64,000 bases of DNA from NCBI GenBank assembly GCA_951406725.2, contig OX597824.1:4464001-4528000 (forward strand). Direction: 5' to 3'. Both the position numbers and the translations under genes were made by a program. The stretch is from Octopus vulgaris. Lineage: Eukaryota. The notes beneath the pieces are model-generated. The model was given only the letters and a program-made list of their open reading frames with translations, had not been told where the DNA came from and did not search any database. Within the stretch, counting starts at the first letter, position 1, and the number at the start of each line of letters is the position of its first letter. Positions 48,363 through 61,576 of this stretch are shown one piece after another.

Positions 48363-49097
48363 TTTTACATCTGCTTTTCATACTGGCATGGGTTGGACGG
48401 TTTGACTGAGGACAGGCAAGCCAGAAGGCTGCACGAGGCTCCAATCTCATCTGGCAAGGTTTCTACAGCTTGATGCCCTTCCTAATGCCAACCACTCCGT
48501 GAGTGTAGTGGGTGTTTTTTATGTGCCACCGGCATGGGAGCCAGTCTGGTGGCACTGGCATCGACTACATTTGGATGGTGCTTTTTACATGCCACCAGCA
48601 TGGGGAGCCAGTTGGGTGGCATTGGCACCAACCCACACTTGAATAGTGCTTATTACATGTCACCAGCACGGGTGCCAGTGAGGCAGCACTGGCATCGGCC
48701 ATGACTACGAGTTCACTTGACTCAACAGGTCTTCTCAAGCACACCATATCACCTGACAATTCAAGGACACTTTTAAATGGGGCTGGTTACGTGACACTGG
48801 CATCAGCCATAGCTACGATCTCACTTTACTTGCCAAGTCTTCTCAAGTCACAGCATATCTCCAAAGGTCTTGGTCTCCTGTCATTGCCTTTGTGAGGCTC
48901 AATGTTCAAAGGTCATGCTTCTCCACCTCATCCCATATCTTCCTGGGTCTACCTCTTCCACAGGTTCCTTTCTCTGTTAGGGTGTGACACTTCTTCACAC
49001 AGCTGTCTTCATCCATACGGAGCACATGATCATACCAGCGCAGCCATCTCTCTTGCACACTGCATCTGATGCTTCTTGTGTCCAACTTTTCTCATAC
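48322..49097 (-). mobile_element. 5'-truncated RTE LINE (ORF C-terminus plus 3' UTR)
   Basis: The minus strand gives IRCSVQERWLRWYDHVLRMDEDSCVKKCHTL..GTCGRGRPRKIWDEVEK. (GAT)n tail. Confidence 0.9.
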
Positions 49098-49466
49098 TAG
49101 CTTCTGCAAATATATATGTGGGGGAGGGCAGGTGCGTGTGTACATGGATGTAGACTTGGACCTAATGGTAAACAAGTTAGTTTCACAGTCTCAAAAGTCT
49201 CTGGTTCAATCCCATTGCATGGCTTGGGTCAGCCTAATCTCTATGAGTGAAACTGGGTGGACACACACTGTTTAAGCTCACGGGATGGACAATAGTGATA
49301 ATTCAAAGAAGAAACCCTGTTGCAAAATGCACCATGGTGATTGACTGAGAGTTCATTAAGGAAACAGGTGTTGGTGTAATAACAAATGGCATAATAATTC
49401 AAAGTGTAAGCACTTCAGTTGATTCCTACACATCATGGAAACTGTTAAAAATCCATTTACTTATAC

Positions 49467-49782
49467 GTCTTGCAAATACTTGGTGACCCTGTCAGTGCAG
49501 GTGCCACTTAAAAGCACCCAGTCTACACTGTAAAGTGGTTGGTGTTCGGAAGGGCATCTAGCTGTAAAAACGTTACAAAAACTGACCTCACCTGTTCTTG
49601 TAAAAAGCAGTAAGTCCACTCTGTTGAGTGGTTGGTGTTAGGAAGGGCATCCAGCTGTAAAAATCCTGCCAAAACTGTCACAGAAGTCTGGTGCAGTCTT
49701 CTGCCTGGCCAGCTTTTGTGAAACCGTCCCACCCATGCTAGCATGGAAGGTGGATATTAAACAATGACGATGATGGTGATGA
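49467..49782 (+). mobile_element. RTE-type tail variant (doubled block)
   Basis: Homologous to 17740-18110. Confidence 0.8.
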
Positions 49783-49783
49783 A

Positions 49784-49823
<40 letters not shown>

Positions 49824-50220
49824 AAAACAAAAGAGAATTTATATAGACTGAGAGTATGGAGATGAAGTTATTGTAATTGCATAAATATATTCAGCGAAGA
49901 TTACAAGACTGATAAGCAACAGTTTGAAATGTAGGCCAAAAATCCTGAATGCTCATCAGATAGCATAGCTGGTCCACCCCCTCCCCCCACCCAATGGTAG
50001 TGACCAAGACAACTGTTGTGGCTACCTGGAAGTCCTCACTCATCTTTTGAGCATGCACACGGGAAGTCTGCTGTTGTGACAAGTTTGTAAGAACCGTATA
50101 TTTATGAACACACTTATTCACTGCTACTACTACTACTACTACTACAAAACATACACACACACATTCTTAATAATCACTCTTCCACCTTTGACTGTAACAC
50201 AACTGCAATTTGTGTATGTG

Positions 50221-50440
50221 TGAGAGAGAGAGAGTAAGAGTGGAGAGAGAGAGAAAGAGTGGAGAGAGAGAAAGAGTGGAGAGAGAGAAAGAGTGGAGAG
50301 AGAGAGAGAGAGTGGAGAGAGAGAAAGAGTGGAGAGAGATAAAGAGTGGAGAGAGAGAAAGAGTGGAGAGAGAGAAAGAGTGGAGAGAGAGAGAAAGAGT
50401 GGAGAGAGAGAAAGAGTGGAGAACGAGAGAGAGAGAGAGA
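50221..50440. repeat. Polypurine minisatellite (AGAGTGGAGAGAGAGAA)n
   Basis: About ten AGAGTGGAGA cores separated by variable GA runs. Confidence 0.92.
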
Positions 50441-50944
50441 GTATATATGTGCACAGATATCAATGTACAGTATCTTTTAATTTTGTTTTGCAAAATTCTT
50501 AATCAGAAATCATGTGTTGAAACAGTCGTTGTTCTCAGGTCATTTTGCCTACAAAAGCACATGCATTCATCGTATTTCATTTCATTCATTGTTATCAGTT
50601 AAATAATTAACTAATCATTTGTTTGATCAATTTCTGGATCAACTAATCAGCCAGTGCATCAGAGTCCTTTCTTTGCAGTCTGTGACCTTATCAACGCTGT
50701 GCACTTATTGCTCTTTATCTCATATATACTTGCTTGTGATGAAGTTGTTGCTTTTCCTGGTATTTGGCCCCAGTGTATTGAAGATCTGAGAGAAATAATA
50801 ATTCATAGTAATTCATTGAGTGGCAATACTTGTACAACTGGATGTGTACAAGAGTCCTCTGCCTGTGTGAAGAAGGATCACACATACCTTCTTTGCACAT
50901 GCTGAAAACTGTCCCCCAACTAAACACTCACTCTTCCTATCAAT

Positions 50945-51260
50945 CCCACACACTAAAGACATCAGAGTTAATGTTGGCACAATGAAAGGAAAGTTCAGGG
51001 AGATTGCTGAGCTGCTGGAGTTGGGGTACATAGATGTGTGCTGTGTGTAAGATGTAAGATGGAGGGGAGCCTCAGCCAGATATGCCACAGGTGAGGAACA
51101 AGGGGATAAATTTTTCTGAGTAGGCAACAGTGATGGTGTGTGGTGGCGTGGGGAGTAAAAGATAGTAAAAGCAAGAGAAAGTGATTGAGTTGGTCATTGT
51201 GTGACTGGATGATTAAGCTTAGGAGTAAACTTGGAAAATGCAATGGTAGCATTTACCGCT
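50945..51260 (+). mobile_element. RTE LINE 5' fragment (AP-endonuclease N-terminus)
   Basis: NVGTMKGKFREIAELLE..YIDVCCV*DVRWRGASAR...FF*VGNSDGV, the RTE APE motif pattern. Confidence 0.85.
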
Positions 51261-52099
51261 GAAATGACGAGAGATAAAGATGATGTCGGTTGCAGGAAAG
51301 CTGAACTTATACTGCAAGGCATCCTATCCAACATTTTAATAACTCTGTTGATTGCCATCATACAGAGAAGATTTGAAACAAAATTAAGAGGAAAATAATA
51401 TGATTCAGAAGTGAAAATGATTGGTGCAATTTATGGGAAAACATCTCATAAATGGAAGTGTATATAATCTTTTATACCATGGGCAGTCCATCTGTCTGAC
51501 ATTATTCAAAGTAACTTTTGATTCACTGCCAGTGGGTCTAATATAGTCTTTTTTTCAATCAAGAATAGGCATTTCTTGTACTGAGCTCCACTTTATTTAA
51601 TTGTAGTTCTGTATTTTCCTATGCTTTTCAACATAGCATCTATTGCTTGTGTTGTAATTTGAATTTTAAAAGAAATGAAGACGGATGGGCACGGTTGGAT
51701 CACTTTTACTGATGAGACAAAATATCTCTGGTTCCACACAAAAAATGGGATGGTCATGGTTGGAATGCCTTTGTTCTTATCACATTGTTTGATAAATTTA
51801 TAAATATATTCAGATTCTTTGCTAGTATGATCATTAAAATTTGCATATCTCTAACAAATACACATAAAAAAAAAAAAACTGAATTGGGCTTTTTGTTTAG
51901 GTTTTGTAAAATGTCCATTTCAGACTGCAGATGTGGACAACTTTGCATTTTGTGCCCTAGTCTGATACAGCTTTGTAATAATACAGTATCTCAATATTAA
52001 ACTGACAAGACTTCTAACCATAACATTGTTATCTGGGGATGCCTGTTCTATGTTGTGATAAATTATCCAACATCTTTTGGGAATGCTTGCTTTATGTTG

Positions 52100-53110
52100 T
52101 GGTAAGCCCTTAATAGGGTCCTCAACAACATCCTAGCTTCTGAGTTTTTGTTTAATCTATGCCCTATCTCCTCCCCTTCTCACAGAATTTCCATTTTTAT
52201 CTCAGAACCACATTGATTATTTGCATATCATCCCTTAAAGGTAGATCCTCTTCATGTTTAATTCCTGCTTTTTCTTTGGGATCATCCCTGTCATTCTGCC
52301 TTCCTTTTCTTTTCTTTTGGCTGATCCAGTTACAAGATGATAGGGTGTTACTGCTCGGAAAGAAATATTTTCTTTGGCTGTCAGCTTTCTGATTGTTAGC
52401 TCCTGGCATCAAGGATAGGATGAATCTCATAACCCTCCTCAGCACAGCTACAGATGGCGTTTTAGAAACAGCGGCTTCTGGATCCTGCTATTCTTGCTGC
52501 TCTCTCTTTCTCTCTTTTCTATCTTTTCAACTACTCAGGGTCGAACATTGCTCTCAAGTGGTTCCTATGAACACATATGTAAGAGCTAAGCTTTCTGTCT
52601 TGCACCACCATTTGCATTACCAGCTTCATCTTCAGTTTCAAAGACAAAGCACCCATGGTTGTAGGCCCTACCAAGATCAACAGAGGCCACATCACCCTAC
52701 ATATAGACAAGAGCCTCTTTTAATTTGAGGACATGCCAAAATGCTTTCCATTTTTGAAGAACATGTTACATTTCTTTGATCAAGCTGGCAAGGAAGGAAG
52801 CAATTTTTTTTCCTAACGTAACTTCTCCAACATTTCATGTTCACAGTTGCTTTTCAAAACTTTAGCAAAGCTATATTTTCACTATCATCAGCATCTATAT
52901 TTACATAAGAAACATATTCACTCGTTTGTTTATTTTTGGTTCTCTGTTTCCATTTTTTTGTTTTGTATTTTCCAAAGTGTTAATACAAATATTTATGTTT
53001 GTAATTGCATCTATTTCTTTAAATGTCATCGTTTTCATTGTCTCTCTTTTTTTTTTATAGTCATTCTATTTTTCACAATTTTCAACAAATTTTGCTTTCA
53101 TATTTCTCAA
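52100..53110 (-). mobile_element. Decayed L1/Tx1-like ORF1 relic
   Basis: The minus strand gives MVVQDRKLSSYICVHRNHLRAMF, a decayed GRxPxCxxCxxxGHxRAxC knuckle. It lies downstream of an L1/Tx1 ORF2 fragment on the same strand. Confidence 0.4.
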
Positions 53111-53394
53111 CATTAATCTTCAACACTTCCCCATATATAAAAAAAAACAACATATTCTTGTCTAAGTAAATAAAAGAGAAAGACTGTTCAAAAGTAGTAC
53201 TTTAGTTATTCCACCTAAACATAAATGGTAGGGAGCTGTTCAAAAGTTCTAAAGTTTGGGTATCACAAAGAAATGGATTCTACAAGTAGTGAAACATGGG
53301 ATTATATCAATTCATTCAGGAGCTCTACTGCTAATGTCTGTTCAAGACAAACGACAACAACAACAACAAAATAATAATAATAATAATAATAATA

Positions 53395-54430
53395 ATAATT
53401 CATTCTTTTATTGGCCACAAAGGCTCACATAAAATTACATTAAAAGACATACAACAGCATAAAAGACAAAAACAGTACAGTACAATGGGTTTAACAATGT
53501 GTAAACAATATAAATAACAATTAACCCTTTCGTTACCAACCCAACTGAAACCAGCTCTGGCTCTGAGTACACATTTCTTGTTTTCATAAGTTTTGAATTA
53601 AAATCTTCCACCAAACCTTAGGTCTGAAATCCCTTACCTGGCAGTGCTACCGAGGGGCACTGCCTGATCAGGATAAATTTTACAGGCACGGAAGTTATCC
53701 GTAGGCCCAGTCCCAAAAGTTCTCTCAAACAGACTGGTTAGTTGATCTGCATCGATGCCCAGAGTTTCTCTGAGAATGTCATCGCACTTTCCCTCTACTA
53801 GCCCTCTATAGAACACTAGAGTAGAACTACCACTGACCACATCACCCACCTGGCTGAGGGCTGTGAGCACTTGACGGCAGTCGAAGTACCAAGCACCCAT
53901 CCTCGATCTATGCCTCATCCAGGATTGCAGCTCAGTTAAAGAGACGAGCTGTGGAAAAGCGTGTCTTACAAACAGTGACCATACTTGCTCACCATCAAGG
54001 AAACGCTGGAGATGCCACAACCGCAGTGCATGTCTGTGCATCAGTAATCACAGTATACCCAGCCCTCTATTTAGCGGGTGTTGACAGCAGATGGAGCACC
54101 TGACCAGTGGACTGCACGCCCCCACCATCAGAAAGCAGAAGAGTAAGTGCATCAGCTTGGTCAACCAGCAAACAGGGCAAGGGACGACTGTCAAGTAGTA
54201 ATAGATGACGGGTGTGATGTACGCGTTCGCCATCACTGCTTAACCTTTCAGGGACAGCTTTCTCTCGGGCCCATTTCTGGGTGAAATTGGCTACCCTGCT
54301 TGTCACCTTGTCCCAGTTCTTCTCCACCTGGGAGACTGGACCAAAACAAACCCTGAGCAACTTAACGGGACTGTCTGTCCAGCACCCCACCATGTAGTTG
54401 GACAGCATGGACTTGCCTCTCCAGGTGCCG
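53395..54430 (-). mobile_element. L1/Tx1-clade LINE ORF2 fragment and 3' tail, interrupted by a half MITE (53521-53621)
   Basis: KNWDKVTSRV..QKW / LSLKG*AVMANAYI..VIYY..LFCFL..PLV..CQHPLNRGLG..ALRLWHLQRFL. Tail GAGCCTTTGTGGCCAATAAAAG followed by (ATT)n. Confidence 0.82.
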
Positions 54431-54431
54431 A

Positions 54432-54632
54432 TAATAATTTTGGCACAAGGCCAGCAATTTCGGGGCTAAGTTGATTACATCGACCCCAGTATTCAACTGG
54501 TACTTATTTTATCGACCCAGAAAAGATGAAACACAAAGTCAACCTTGGTGGAGTTAGAACTCAGAAAGTAAAGATGGACAAAATGCTGCCAAGCATTTTT
54601 GTCCAATGTCTTAATGATTCTGCCAGCACACT
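54432..54632 (-). mobile_element. SINE family 2 remnant
   Basis: TACATCGACCCCAGT...CTGGTACTTATTTTATCGACCC.GAAAAGATGAAA. Confidence 0.78.
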
Positions 54633-54636
54633 GCAC

Positions 54637-54726
<90 letters not shown>

Positions 54727-54780
54727 CAACAACAGTAACAATGACAGCAGTAGCAGCAGCAGCAGCAGCAGCAGTAGTAG
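54637..54780. repeat. (TAA)n/(CAA)n/(CAG)n compound microsatellite
   Basis: Direct read. Confidence 0.96.
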
Positions 54781-55104
54781 AACTTGTATTTCTCAAAGAA
54801 ATCAATATTATGTAGAAATGATTTAATTGCCCTTTTTATCTCTTTCTTTCTTGCGATATTTCTTTCATAATTTCTTTTATCTTTTCTTGCATCAACTTGA
54901 AAGACTACACTGCCATCTTTCTTGTTTTTGCATCTTTACTTCAATGGTGAAGTCGATAACATTTAGATATATAATCAGAAAGATATCTAAGAGATATTTT
55001 CACAATCAGAACCACAACCAAATATCCAAACTAATGGCATTACATGAATTGAATTAATTTTATGAAATCAATCTTTGATTATTTTCATAAATGATGAGTG
55101 TACG

Positions 55105-55106
<2 letters not shown>

Positions 55107-55176
<70 letters not shown>

Positions 55177-55192
55177 TGTGTGTGTGAGTGTG
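55107..55192. repeat. (TG)n microsatellite
   Basis: Direct read. Confidence 0.96.
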
Positions 55193-55505
55193 TAAGTACA
55201 CAAATAAATACATATGTAACCATATACACATACATATATATATATACACATATATATATGTGTGTGTGTGTGTGTTTATGTATATGTGTGTGTGAGTTGC
55301 TTTTGTATAAAGGTTGGTTCTAATAATGCAGTCATAATAAAGGTTGTTGTTGTTGTTGTTGTTGCTGATCCTACTGATGAAGATAACAATGTTTTTAATA
55401 CCAATAATAGTTGATCTTAGAAAAAAAGTATTGTTATTTTTAGTCAAGCAACAAAGGGTAAATGTGTGTCTGTATGCATACACACTCTCTTACACACCCA
55501 CAACA

Positions 55506-55554
<49 letters not shown>

Positions 55555-56632
55555 TTAAAGATAAGTATGATCAGTCAGTCACCTCATTTCACCTCTTGTA
55601 CTCTCATATTTTATACTGAAGACATCTTGTGGAATTTCTCCCGACTCTTTTTTATGCATATCAAGCATGGCAACTTCTTAGAACGGCAATAGAGTCTTGT
55701 CTTCTTTCCTGTTAAGTAAAACTTTTGTCTTTGATTGGTTTACTTTGAGGCATTTAAATTCTATGTTATTAACTCTACATTTAGAGTTTCGTTTCCAAAT
55801 CTTTCACAGATCCAACATGGAGAATACCACAGATCTCCAGGCCAGTCATACAAGATGCAGGTTACATGCATATATCGCGTGATCATCGTGACCGACCAGG
55901 CTATCAGATGTTGCTACACATCGCTGGTCACAATGCACTTCGAATTGTTTTAGCCTTCAAATGAAACTAATGGCCATTGAGGCATTGCACTATCTAATTA
56001 CCCCTGTATATTTCTTTCTCTACAATTAATTTATATTATGTTTTTTCTGTCTTATAGGTAATAATTGTCAGGGAAACTCCAGAGTTGAAAGAGCTCTGGA
56101 TCAGTCTAAATGAACTTTTGCACTCTACTTTTGTATTGAGTGCATCTTCTCCCATTCATTATATCTAATGGATGTGTGTGTATGTGAGTCCATGCATGTG
56201 TGTTTTTGTGTGTAAGTGTATATGTGTGTGTGTGAGTGTATATGTGTGTGTGTGTGTGTGTGTATGTGTACATACACCCATACTCATAAATCACCATGCA
56301 AACATACATATATCCAATTACAAAGTGGCCATGGATAATGTTACTGAAAGAATTAAATGAAGTTTCCGCTATTTAATTAATTAGCCTTAATGGTATTATT
56401 ACTTTGTCTATGACATACAAAATAAACAGCTGGTCTATAGAGCTAATTGCACAAACAACTACACACAAAAAAAACAAACACACACACACAAACGGGACAC
56501 GCACTCACAGAAGGCATACATTCATACTAATATGCATTCATTCATACATACATGCATACACAGCATATATAAATACGCCTACAGAGCATGCATCAATATG
56601 CACATATGAATAAATATATATATAAGTGTATG

Positions 56633-56672
<40 letters not shown>

Positions 56673-57134
56673 TATATATATGCATATATATATGCATATA
56701 TATATGCATATACAGAATTGTGACATGATATCAAGCCAAATAACAATGATAGAAACGCCCTCCTGATTATTTCAGTGAAGCTGTGCACTGATGTGCATGT
56801 TCAAACTGACACCAATTCAATCGGCCGTTCATTGTTGTTGGTTAAATAAAGGAAATGCACAAAGCAAAACTGAAAAATGGCAAGTCGAGAACATAGTAAT
56901 AAAACAACAACAACAATAATAATAATAGTAACAATACCTGAAAAGGGTGTGGGACATCAAGGGTAAACACCAAAAGCTATTATAAAGCAATGATCAAGGT
57001 CCTCCCAAACTATCTGGTTGTTTTATTCTGTTCTTAAAGGTAACAGTCTCTGGTATAAAATCCTGAAATATACAAAAGGAAATATGAATAATAATAGTAA
57101 TAATAATAATAATGATAATAGTAATAATAAAATA

Positions 57135-58080
57135 TTGCTTTCTTTATTCACCATTAAGGGTTTATAAAAAACGTTGGGGACGATGCTGGACAATATAATG
57201 TGGGGTTACATAAAGAGGTATGTAATAAGTAGAGAAATGGCGATGACATAAATTTCAACAATGAATAAAACCCCAAAAAACAGAGGCTTCCCATGGTTGC
57301 TTGTGAAATCTCTACAAAACCACAATCACCCTGACCATTGGGGCAAGTGCCCTTTCCACATCATTTTCTTTCAATTTATAGCCACAAGCTTAGAGTAGGC
57401 CCATTCACTCACCCCATTTTTGCTACATTCACTACCCCTTCAACAAAACTGCTGGGATGCAGCGCTTCTCTCTCTCCCCTCACTTTCCTTTTGTAGCGAA
57501 ACTTGAAAAAGTTGATGAGGGTTTGACCAAAGAGGCAAGTGTCTGTCTTCGGCCCTTTCAATCTGGACCACCACACAATCTCTTTCACTGAGATTACCAG
57601 ACAAACAAACACTGCCTGCTCTTCCTGACCAAAAGAAGGAGGCAGGATGATCTCCACAATAGACTCCACTGATAGCTGGGCCTGTCCTACATGTAACAGC
57701 AGGTGACTAACATAAACCCACAAGTCAGCAATGCTTAGATACTGGACAAGAGTATGATGAATAGTTTTATAGCTCTGTGCACATCTTGGGCAACCTGGCT
57801 AATGGAACTTCCATGCTTGTAGAGTTTATCCCAAACCAGAAATGATCCCTGGCCCCAAAGTCCTCCAGAACAAACCAGTTGACTCTTGTTGATGCAGTCT
57901 CCTCAAGAACGTCATCACACTTTCTAGCCACTATTCTTCTACAGAACTCAAACATGGAGCTTCCACTGGCCACACTGCCAGACTGACAGAGAACTGTGAT
58001 GCCATGACAACACTCTAGGTGTCATGTGTTCTGCCTCAGTCTCTGCTTGATTCAGGACTGCAGCTCTTTCAAGGAGATGA
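57135..58080 (-). mobile_element. L1/Tx1-clade LINE 3' end
   Basis: The minus strand gives CPRCAQSYKTIHHTLVQY..IADLWVYV (decayed CCHC) and FFKFRYKRKVRGERE. AATAAAG plus an (ATT)n tail. Confidence 0.75.
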
Positions 58081-58084
58081 ACAC

Positions 58085-59470
58085 TTGACTCAACAAGTCT
58101 TCACAAGTACAGTTTATTGCCCAATGATTGAAAGGTACTCTTAAATGGGCCGATTATGCTGCACTGACATAGGCCCCGGTTATGGTCTCACTTGGCTTGC
58201 TGGATTTTCTCAAGCACAGCATATCTCCAAAGGTCTTGGTTACTTGTCATCGCCTCTGTTAGGCCCAACATTCGAATGTCGTGCTTCAACACCTCATCCC
58301 AGTTCTTCTTGGGTCTACCTCTTCCACAGGTTCCTTCTACTGCTAGGGTGTGACACTTTTTCACACAGCTGTCCTCATCCATATGCAACACATGACCATA
58401 CCAGTGCAATCGTCTCTCTTGCACACCACATTTGATGCACACTGACATTACACATCCAGCAGAGCATACTAGATTCATTCCTTGCAAGGTTAGGCATGTC
58501 TTCAGTAATCATGGCCCATGTTTCACTGCCGTTTAGCATTGCTGTTCATACACGTGTCATACAGTCTACCTTTTACTCTGAGTGAGAGGCCCTTTGTCAC
58601 CAGCAGAGGTAGGAGCTCTCTGAACTTTGCCCAGGCTATTCTTCTTCTAGAAGCTACACTCTTAGAGCATCCACCACTACTACTGACTTGTCACCTAGGT
58701 AACAGAAGCTATCAACTACTTCTAGTTTTTTTTTACCCTGGCATGTGACGGAAGCTGTTTTCTACACATTTTCAGTGTTTATTGCCCCTGAGCATTTGCT
58801 ACACACAAACACTATCTTCCAAGTTAGCCTTAATTTAATATTGCTGCACTTCTTATGTGTCCATAGCTTACACCATGTACATCTTATGGAGCTTCTACTT
58901 AAGCCTTTTCTACAGATCAAGCAGGGCTATCTACCTAAAGGGATTTGTGATTTGTCTGCCTTCCTACTTATCAAGACTTTGGTTTTAGCTAGGTTGACTC
59001 TAAGGCCCTTCGATTTTAATCCATGCTTCCACACCTGAAACTTCTCCTCTAGTTCTAATTGTGACTCAGCTATTAGAGAAAGGTCATTAGCATAGAGAAA
59101 CTCCTAGGGGCATCCTGTCTTGAATTCCTCTGTTATTGCCTGGAGGACTATGATGAATAAGAAGGGACTGAGTACTGATCCTTGGTGGACTCCTACCTCT
59201 ACCCAGAATTCTTCACTGTACTCGTTGCCAACCCTCACCTTACTGACAGTATCCCTGTACATAGCTCCTACAGCTCTCACTAACCACTCATATGTCCCTA
59301 GTTTCCACATTGACCACCAGATAAGGGATCAGGGGACCCTGCCAAAGGCTTTCTCCCATGTCAACAAAAGCCAGGTACAGAGGTTTATCTTTGGCTAGGT
59401 ATTTCTCCTGCAGCTGTCTTACCAGAAATATAGCATCAGTGGTGCTTTTCCTTGGCGCAAACCTAAACTG
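58085..59470 (-). mobile_element. RTE LINE fragment (RT to C-terminus)
   Basis: QFRFAPRKSTTDAIFLVRQLQEKYL, GVHQGSVLSPFLF, EFLYANDL and RRLHWYGHV...GRGRPKKNWDEV. Confidence 0.93.
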
Positions 59471-59499
59471 CAGAAGAAGAAGAAGAAGAAGGTGATGAT

Positions 59500-60300
59500 G
59501 ATGATGAAGAATTTTTCTTTGACTCCAAAGGCCCATAAATTCCATTAAAAAATGAGTTATACAAAATGGTTACAAAACATGCAGGGATATACATACATAA
59601 AATATATAGGGTGCTTGGCAAAAAAAGGTGAGGATCAGGGCATCCCTCACTTCAAGCCATCTTCCACTCTCACTTTCTGCAAACTGAACTTTCCCACTTT
59701 TTCTTTTACTTATATCTATTAAATTTTTATTTGAAGAGTTTCACATCCTCTAGGCAAGCCAAGTGTCAACATTGGTATCTCCGGTTGTGGCCCTTGAAAT
59801 CCTTCTTCCCATGAATTGCAATACCAGTCAGTGGACAGATGTGTAGCACACTGACCTTAACGATGGAGCACACAAACTGCCATTCATTGGCCAGGGTCTC
59901 CACTAAATCTTCATTCAAGGGCACATGGAAGCCCTTTACACTTTGGAAAGTTGCTGAAAATCTAAGGTCTTCCACTTTCTCCTTACCCCTTCTTTTGTTA
60001 TGTAGCTTCTATGAATTTTTCTTTTATTCGATATTGATCCACATCTAGTAACTCTTTTTGGCTTACAGTTTTAAGAAAGGATGTTGTTGTTGTTGTGGTG
60101 GTGGTGGTGGTGGAGGAGGAGGAAGTGGTAGTCATCGTCATCACTATGGTGTGAATGATGGTGCTTTTGTAGCTGTCCATTAAATTCACATTTTCACATC
60201 TTTATTTTTTTTCCTTCTACTACTTCTAAAATCACAACTGCCTCGACTATTGACTGTTTAAGTGTCACTTTTTTTCAGTTTTTTTTTCTCTCTGTTTTTG
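59500..60300 (-). mobile_element. Possible internally deleted L1/Tx1-like element
   Basis: An ORF1-like FHVPLNEDLVETLA..VCSI segment is joined to a tail GGGCCTTTGGAGTCAAAGAAAAA that resembles the 53400-53430 tail. Confidence 0.35.
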
Positions 60301-61308
60301 TATCTGCGAAAATTTTGGAGACATACTACAACTACTGATGTGACTAACACCTCCCTTTAGTACAGCAGATGCGACTATATTGAGCAAGCAATGAACAAAA
60401 TGCATGCTTAGAAAAATAAAGGTACACAACAAAATATCTCATAACGAACGTTTTCTTTTTTAACTCAGGTAATGGCGATATTATTATTATGAAGTCCTTT
60501 GTTGGTAAGAAATGCAAAGAAAATACTTTTGCTCTATTGAGTAAACTTAGTAAAGTTCAATTTTTTCTGTTCTAGGCATCCATTTATCTCTTTATTGTGT
60601 CCCTTCTGATACCATTTTAGTATGGTTCTGACCCCACTCAATTTCCAAAATGTTTGATGCAATGAATTCTGCTTTTGCAAACAAAACTCTGCTGTGTTCC
60701 TGTCTGAGCAGGATGTTTCTCAAAATTTCCAGCCTTCACACAATGGCTCCAGAAGAAGGGAGTGGGGATCATTCTTGAAAGACTGAACATACAGTGCAAA
60801 ATAGTTCCAAGAAGTTAGACCACCAAACAGATGCTGCTCTAAATTGTAACAGTCCAGTCTCTGAAGATGGAGAACAGTCACAAGGTAGCAGTAATCAGCT
60901 TTGTTCAAGGCTTTAGACTGATTCAAATTAATCAGAGCCCCACCAAAGTTTTAAATCTGGTCCCAACCAGCTCTATGAAGTATCACAGGAAATGGAGTTT
61001 CTTGTAATTAGATTTACTGGGGGATCACACAAGTTTGTGCATCTCCCACTACACTACCGATAACAAGCACCAGCTGCTAGTTGGGTAGCTTTGCAAAAGT
61101 CTTTAGGGCTGTACTGGGCAGAGTTATGGCACTGAAGTTGTCCGTTATGTTCCCTTTGTCAGGATCTTTCCCCAGCAGAATCATCACTCTTCAGCTCACA
61201 CAATTTCAAATCAGCAGCAAACTGCAACAGACAGCTGCTAATACAATAGCAAACACAACTGGCCAGTAATAATCCTTTCTACTATAGGCACGAGGCCTGA
61301 AATTTGGG

Positions 61309-61422
61309 GCCAGTTTTAACTGTCAGGCATAAACCAGATTGAGTGCATCAACAAACCTGACAAAAATTCTAATTACAATCTGGTTGACCCACCGTGGTTT
61401 ATGTCAGACAGTTAAAACTGCC
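61309..61422. mobile_element. Small MITE-like element with ~26-bp TIRs and an inner inverted repeat
   Basis: CAGTTTTAACTGTCAGGCATAAACCA vs TGGTTTATGTCAGACAGTTAAAACTG (2 mismatches). Inner pair AACCAGATTG/CAATCTGGTT. Confidence 0.7.
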
Positions 61423-61576
61423 TGATTAGATTTGCAAGGATTTTGCACTATATATCTTATCCTCAACTACTCTCACACAATCCCTGCGTATATCTAATAT
61501 ACCATTCCCATCACCTACTAATGCCAATGAATGAGAAGTTTCTAGAAACATCTCCAAAGCTCTAAAAAAATTTGTT

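Noticed and set aside
50210-50602. RE/K-rich 130-aa ORF
   Set aside because: It is a translation of the polypurine minisatellite.
50660-50785. Minus-strand acceptor (ttattatttctctcAG) with a short open frame
   Set aside because: There is no strong donor and no recognisable peptide.
55845-55962. CpG-rich patch as a promoter
   Set aside because: It is too short and resembles a fragment of a dispersed repeat. There is no evidence of a transcription start.
56058-56168. Plus-strand acceptor followed by VIIVRETPELKELWISLNELL...
   Set aside because: It is a plausible terminal exon, but there is no recognisable homology or linked exon, and such acceptors arise by chance in AT-rich DNA.
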